A stretch of 64,000 nt of DNA from Eledone cirrhosa (lineage: Eukaryota): contig OZ024740.1 in assembly GCA_964016885.1 (NCBI GenBank), positions 380,990,001-381,054,000 of the forward strand, read 5' to 3'. The notes under the pieces are model-generated. The model was not told where the DNA came from, searched no databases, and was given only the letters and a program-made list of their open reading frames with translations. Shown here piece after piece: positions 59,084 to 64,000 of the stretch. Position 1 is the stretch's first letter. Each line of letters begins with the position of its first letter. The translations under genes and the position numbers were made by a program.

Positions 59084-61877
59084 TCCATGATACATTAAAA
59101 AAGACGATATTATATATAAACTGCATTAGGAGAAAATTAGTGACAGAAAAATAGCATGTTTATTTAAGCGATCGCCACCGGAAGTGTTGACATCACACAC
59201 TCTCTCTTTCTGTAGTTGAAGTGATGGTGGTGGCGACGATATAGAGGAAGTGCAACTTTGAAAAGAAGTCAATTTTAAATTATTTATTTTTACGAAATTA
59301 TTTTTGTTTACGAAATTTAATAGATAAATTATGTAATATTCATTCATTATTTATTCAAAGTAATCCAACTTATTTAACTAACGAGATAAAAAAAAAATAA
59401 ACCGTACGCAGTCCCGCAGACCTTTCTTTATTATAGTTTAGATGGTAAATTATAAGAAAGATGAAAATAATCAAATTCTTTTGATTTTTTTTCCCCCGAA
59501 AATAGTTTGTCAAAACCACGAATTCAGAGTCTTTCGTACATGTTTAGAACCAGAATGAGATGATGTGTTGTAGTTGTCACGCATATGATTTGTTTTCCTT
59601 TAAAAATGTTGTTTAAAAACCCCAATTCATTCACATTTTTGTTATCTCAATAGGCAGAAACTATTTATATACATAAGGATTTTTCCCATTAAAAAAACTG
59701 CCCAATTAGATTTATTCGAATTCATTCGTAGCGAGTTAAGTGTGGGGAAACACATAAAATACAGAGTTTTGCAGTCCCATGTGTTTAAGTTACTATGTGC
59801 CATATAATTACAGCTAAACTTTGAATTTACCCCCCCCACACACATACACACACACACCACCACCACCACCACCACCACAACCTTACTGTTGCATTACATA
59901 CAAGGAATTGAAATTGTGCATGTAGAGTCGGTATCCATTTGTCATACTGAATGAAACAAAAAGAAAACCATTAACTCATACACACTTCAGATTATAGCAC
60001 TGAAGGAGTGTATGTTCTAGGTAAGGGAGGAGGGAGGGCTATTGGGGTATCAAGAAATAAGAAAGAAGAGAAATCAGACACTTGGAATTCCATATATTTG
60101 AACACTATGTCCTACCTACTCCACGTTAACTCGGACAGACACACATACGCATGCACACACACACATACACATGCACACACACACATACACACACGCACAC
60201 ACATATGGACATATATATTTTTTGGTGTGTGCTTTTTTTAAGAATTTGTGTGTATGTGCATTTTTATCGCTTTGTCAAAATGAAGAAAGGCAACGAACAT
60301 GACCATTTACAGGCCTTCCGAAACTTTTCAGAGGAATGAAGGAATATCCTCAGACAGGAAACCAGACACGAATGTTTGCAATATGGCGGACTCTGCTAAA
60401 GGTAATTAAAATTTAAGTGGTGGTGTTAAAATGGTGACGGGTGTGGCCTTTAACCGAAAATATGTGCATATATATATTTGCATGTGTGTGTTGCTAAAGA
60501 AAACTTATATACGAAGACATACACAACAACTACTAACCTAATTGTGCGCTAAAAAATGTAACATTTGTAATTCTAAGGAATACAGTTCATTTCAAAATGA
60601 GATCTTGCAGCCTCCAAACAAAATTAATCAATTTAAAGCAAGACTTTTCCACTTCAAAGTGAGAATAGTTTGACTATGAGTGTCGTAGAGAGGAATAGGG
60701 CATGGAATTAAGCACTGATAAGTAAGGAGGTACAAAAAGGGTTTATATAACTGAACACACAACAAACCATTATAACATCCTTTATACAGTCAACAGATAT
60801 AACTTGTTTGGTTAATTATACATTTTATTGGCCAAGCAACGAGGCAAAACTCCAGTTTATTTTTTTACTTTTTTAAGGTTAAGTACAGCAATTGTACCGA
60901 ATGTTAATTTTCCGGATATATTATCTCGGCGTGTGGCTTTTGAAACACCTGTAACATTATTTGCTACTTCTGCACGAATGTGTTGCAATGCAAGTTCCCT
61001 TCTTAGCGCATATTTTATACATGAGAAACATTCTTATGTGGTATTAAGCATGGGTGAATACACCGGAAAACATTTAAAATAACAATTAGGGATATCTGCT
61101 ATATAAATTTCGATCCCATGGTGAACAGGTGTACCATTAAATAAACATATATTTCTGAACTTGAAACTATTTTTCGAGATATCGAATAATGTTTTTCAAA
61201 TTGCGCTTTACTCACACAAAGAAGGAATTCTGTTAAGACTGGTACCTCCATACTTTTCACAGCAATAAATATGATAATTTTGACTGCTTGTCCATGAAGA
61301 ATTCAAACTGCAGACTCCTCACTTAAGAATTGGTGCTGATTGTGTAGAGTTAAAGTTACATTCTTCTAAGGAGATTATTGTTTTATTTTTCAGTGAGAAT
61401 AGCAGGATATAGCAGTTTTCAAGTACATTCATATAGTAATCATAGTGTTCAATCGCTTTCTATCCTCAGATATTGGAATCAACCTTTTCTTGTTATCAAT
61501 ATTCCAACTAGTTTAGAAATGCAGCTATCTCTAACGCTTACAAATGATGTTTGTGGTGAATCCAACCGCGTCTTCGTTTATCTTTCGCAAAGTGACTGAT
61601 AGATTGTTATTTATGGTCTTGTATAAGCACGCATCTCAACAACTTTGACGTTACGTTGCCTTTGGGTAATAAAAAGTTATACAATGATGGTAAATATTAA
61701 AAAAAGATAAAAACGAAATTACTATAGGAAAGTAAAGGAAAGGACTATAAATGCCATACATGAGAAGAAAGGGAAGGAAAGAGCAATGACTAAAGGGAAA
61801 GGGCAAGGATAATTAGGCAAGGAAGAAAGGGAGGGAGGGGTGAGGGTGACAGACTCTACACTTAGGTCGGGACAGTA

Positions 61878-62075
61878 TTACAGCTGCACCCCGCGGACAA
61901 TGGTGTACGACCCCCGCTGCCACATCCATTCCACCTTGCAGAGCTCCTTCCTCAGATGGGCTGCTGACGTTCCAATTTTACGGAGAAGCTCGGCTGTATG
62001 GGGTCCAAGAACGTCTGAGGTTTCGACGGCAACCGGTGCAAAGAGAAAGCGGCCGAACAAGCCCCGGTGTTTGTT
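61878..62075 (-). mobile_element. CRE-like non-LTR retrotransposon RLE C-terminal remnant
   Basis: FAPVAVETSDVLGPHTAELLRKIG...WQRG resembles the FxPxAxETxGxxGP RLE tail. Confidence 0.5.
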
Positions 62076-62983
62076 TGTCTTCCCGTTTTCTTCTCTTTAT
62101 ATATTTTAAAGATATGCTTGCAGTCTTCAAATTAATGTCTATATATCGGGCAAGTCTTTGTAATCTGATCGACGATCATAATCTATGAACTGGCTGTGAG
62201 TATGTTAGGCAGTTGAGTCTTCTTCCTTCCACGTCCTTTTGATCCTGCTTAATGAAACCACTGCTCAGAAATTAAGCAGTTTCCAATTAAAACGATTAGG
62301 TACCAAACTGCGCCAAAATATTCCGCTTGTGTAGCGACTTTAGAAACCGCATATTTTGTTAGGTCTTATCAATGGAATAATTCCATAGAAATCTGGCTAT
62401 TGGAGTTGTTATTTGAAATCGCTATTCTTTGAAATATGTTTTCACTCTAAAATTGTTATTCTCTAATTGAAGTGACAAATGCTCACTTTGAAATTACTCC
62501 TCTTATTTTGAAATGACAATTGCTCACTTAGAATTACAAATACTTTAGTAGACGATTGCGTTTCATTTCATAATCTAAAGGGATGTGTAGTGTGAAATGA
62601 ATAAATAACTTCGTCAGATGTATAATCTGGGGTTTTGTACAGATATAGAAATACTGGTTCTATTAACCGTTTGTTTCCGTGGCAAGGTAGTGAAACTTAT
62701 TTACATTTTGTAATCCTCAAACATTTGCACCTGTCGTTCGTCTAGGTGTGTTTTCTTTTTTACTTTTGGAGAAGGTTATTGTGCGTTTGTGTGTAATGTA
62801 TGTGTGTGCGTGTGCATATTAATTATTCTCTAAGAAGCTTCATTCATAAAAGGTATTTTGTACCGATACTTCTTTTTAGTTATCATTCGGTCCTTTTAAT
62901 CTCATTGTCTAGTTTCATATTTACTGAGTTTTTGACAGATTACGCACACTCACACGCACACAAACACACACGCATACACACAT

Positions 62984-63015
<32 letters not shown>

Positions 63016-63158
63016 GCAAAATGTTTACAACTTTCAACTCTTTCTGACATTCATTTGCATACTCACACATAACTTTGAATTACCCTAAATAAAACATTTT
63101 TTCCACTATCCAGATAACCTTCAACCGTCAAGGTTGTTTTTCTGCGGGTATGTCAACA

Positions 63159-63259
63159 TTTATAAAACAAATTTTGTATTTTATCTGATGAAAGCGCACC
63201 AAAATTTGCCTTGGTTGCCCTTGAAATATATATAATAAAATAATTATGGTTTTATAAAT
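63159..63259 (+). ncRNA. Type I HHR (family I)
   Basis: UAUUUUAU-CUGAUGA-AAG.GCA.CCAA/UUGG.UGC.CUU-GAAA-UAUAUA-UA-AUAAAAUA; outer helix uuuauaaaac/guuuuauaaa. Confidence 0.75.
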
Positions 63260-63287
63260 ATAGTTTCCATTTATTAATATATTGTAT

Positions 63288-63341
<54 letters not shown>

Positions 63342-63394
63342 ATACAATATATTAATAAATGGAAACTATATTTATAAAACCATAATTATATATA

Positions 63395-63876
63395 TATAAT
63401 TCAATATAAAAGAGAGATAAACACATATATATACATATGTGTGTTAAAATTGTAAGGGACCAGATTCGCTAGGGTGAAAAAAATACTAACTATGGACAAT
63501 AGGGTTTGCCAGACTCAATTTAAAATAATAAATCAAGAAAATAAATACAAACCGATATTGGGGCAACTGCCAGACACTCAGACAGTTTTGGTAATGTTGC
63601 TTCGCAATTATAGTGAAGGGAATTACTAATTCTTTTGCTCATCAGTGTGTGTAAAATTAGTAAACCCTTCACTTCTAAGTATCTCAGAAGACTGAATAGT
63701 GTGCGTATATAAAATCATAGTTAGTATTCTTTTATTTGATTTATTATTTTAAATTGAGTCTGGGAAACCCTATTGTTCATAGTCAGTATTTTTTTCAGCC
63801 TAGCGAATCTGGTCCCTTACGATTTGAACACATATATGTATATATCTGTGTTTATCTCTCTTTTATAGTCAATTAT
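63395..63876. repeat. Foldback with ~155-bp diverged inverted arms enclosing a minus-strand HHR-like motif (family J)
   Basis: 63395-63548 is inverted relative to 63724-63876. Confidence 0.8.
63574..63673 (-). ncRNA. Degenerate type I HHR (family J, GAAG instead of GAAA) with pseudoknot
   Basis: Minus: ACACACA-CUGAUGA-GCAA..UUGC-GAAG-CA..UG-UC-UGAGUGU. Confidence 0.55.
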
Positions 63877-64000
63877 ATACGACCCGAAAAAATCTCTTTC
63901 CTTGAGCTATTTAATTGTAAGAGACTATTTTGAGTTTCTAACCCAATATATACCTTTGATGTGTGATAGTGCGTATAGAACATGTTCCTATTTACACTTA

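Overview
AT-rich, microsatellite-saturated eukaryotic DNA with no supportable host gene. The repeat content suggests an invertebrate, most likely an Octopus/cephalopod genome (inference). The window is almost entirely transposon-derived. It holds a decayed R4/Dong-clade LINE in (CATA)n; one near-full-length and several truncated Penelope-like elements (PLEs, RT + C-terminal GIY-YIG); a 5'-truncated Tx1/L1-clade LINE with an 18-bp TSD; CR1-like and CRE-like remnants; Helitrons; Tc1/mariner, pogo and piggyBac-like relics; and many tRNA-derived SINEs. The main signal the ORF track misses is RNA structure. Manual folding gives about 19 type I hammerhead ribozyme (HHR) motifs in about 10 distinct sequence families. 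They sit in PLE pseudo-LTRs or ORF-less tandem/foldback units (retrozyme-like), nearly all embedded in (TA)n. Several have unusual features: 5'-flank/loop-II pseudoknots in four families, a recurrent CAGAAGA (U4A) core, a covarying extended stem II, and a three-way junction in stem II. A second signal is a 3' tail shared by the Tx1 LINE and the dominant SINE. All folds and alignments were done by eye; no activity or novelty has been verified.
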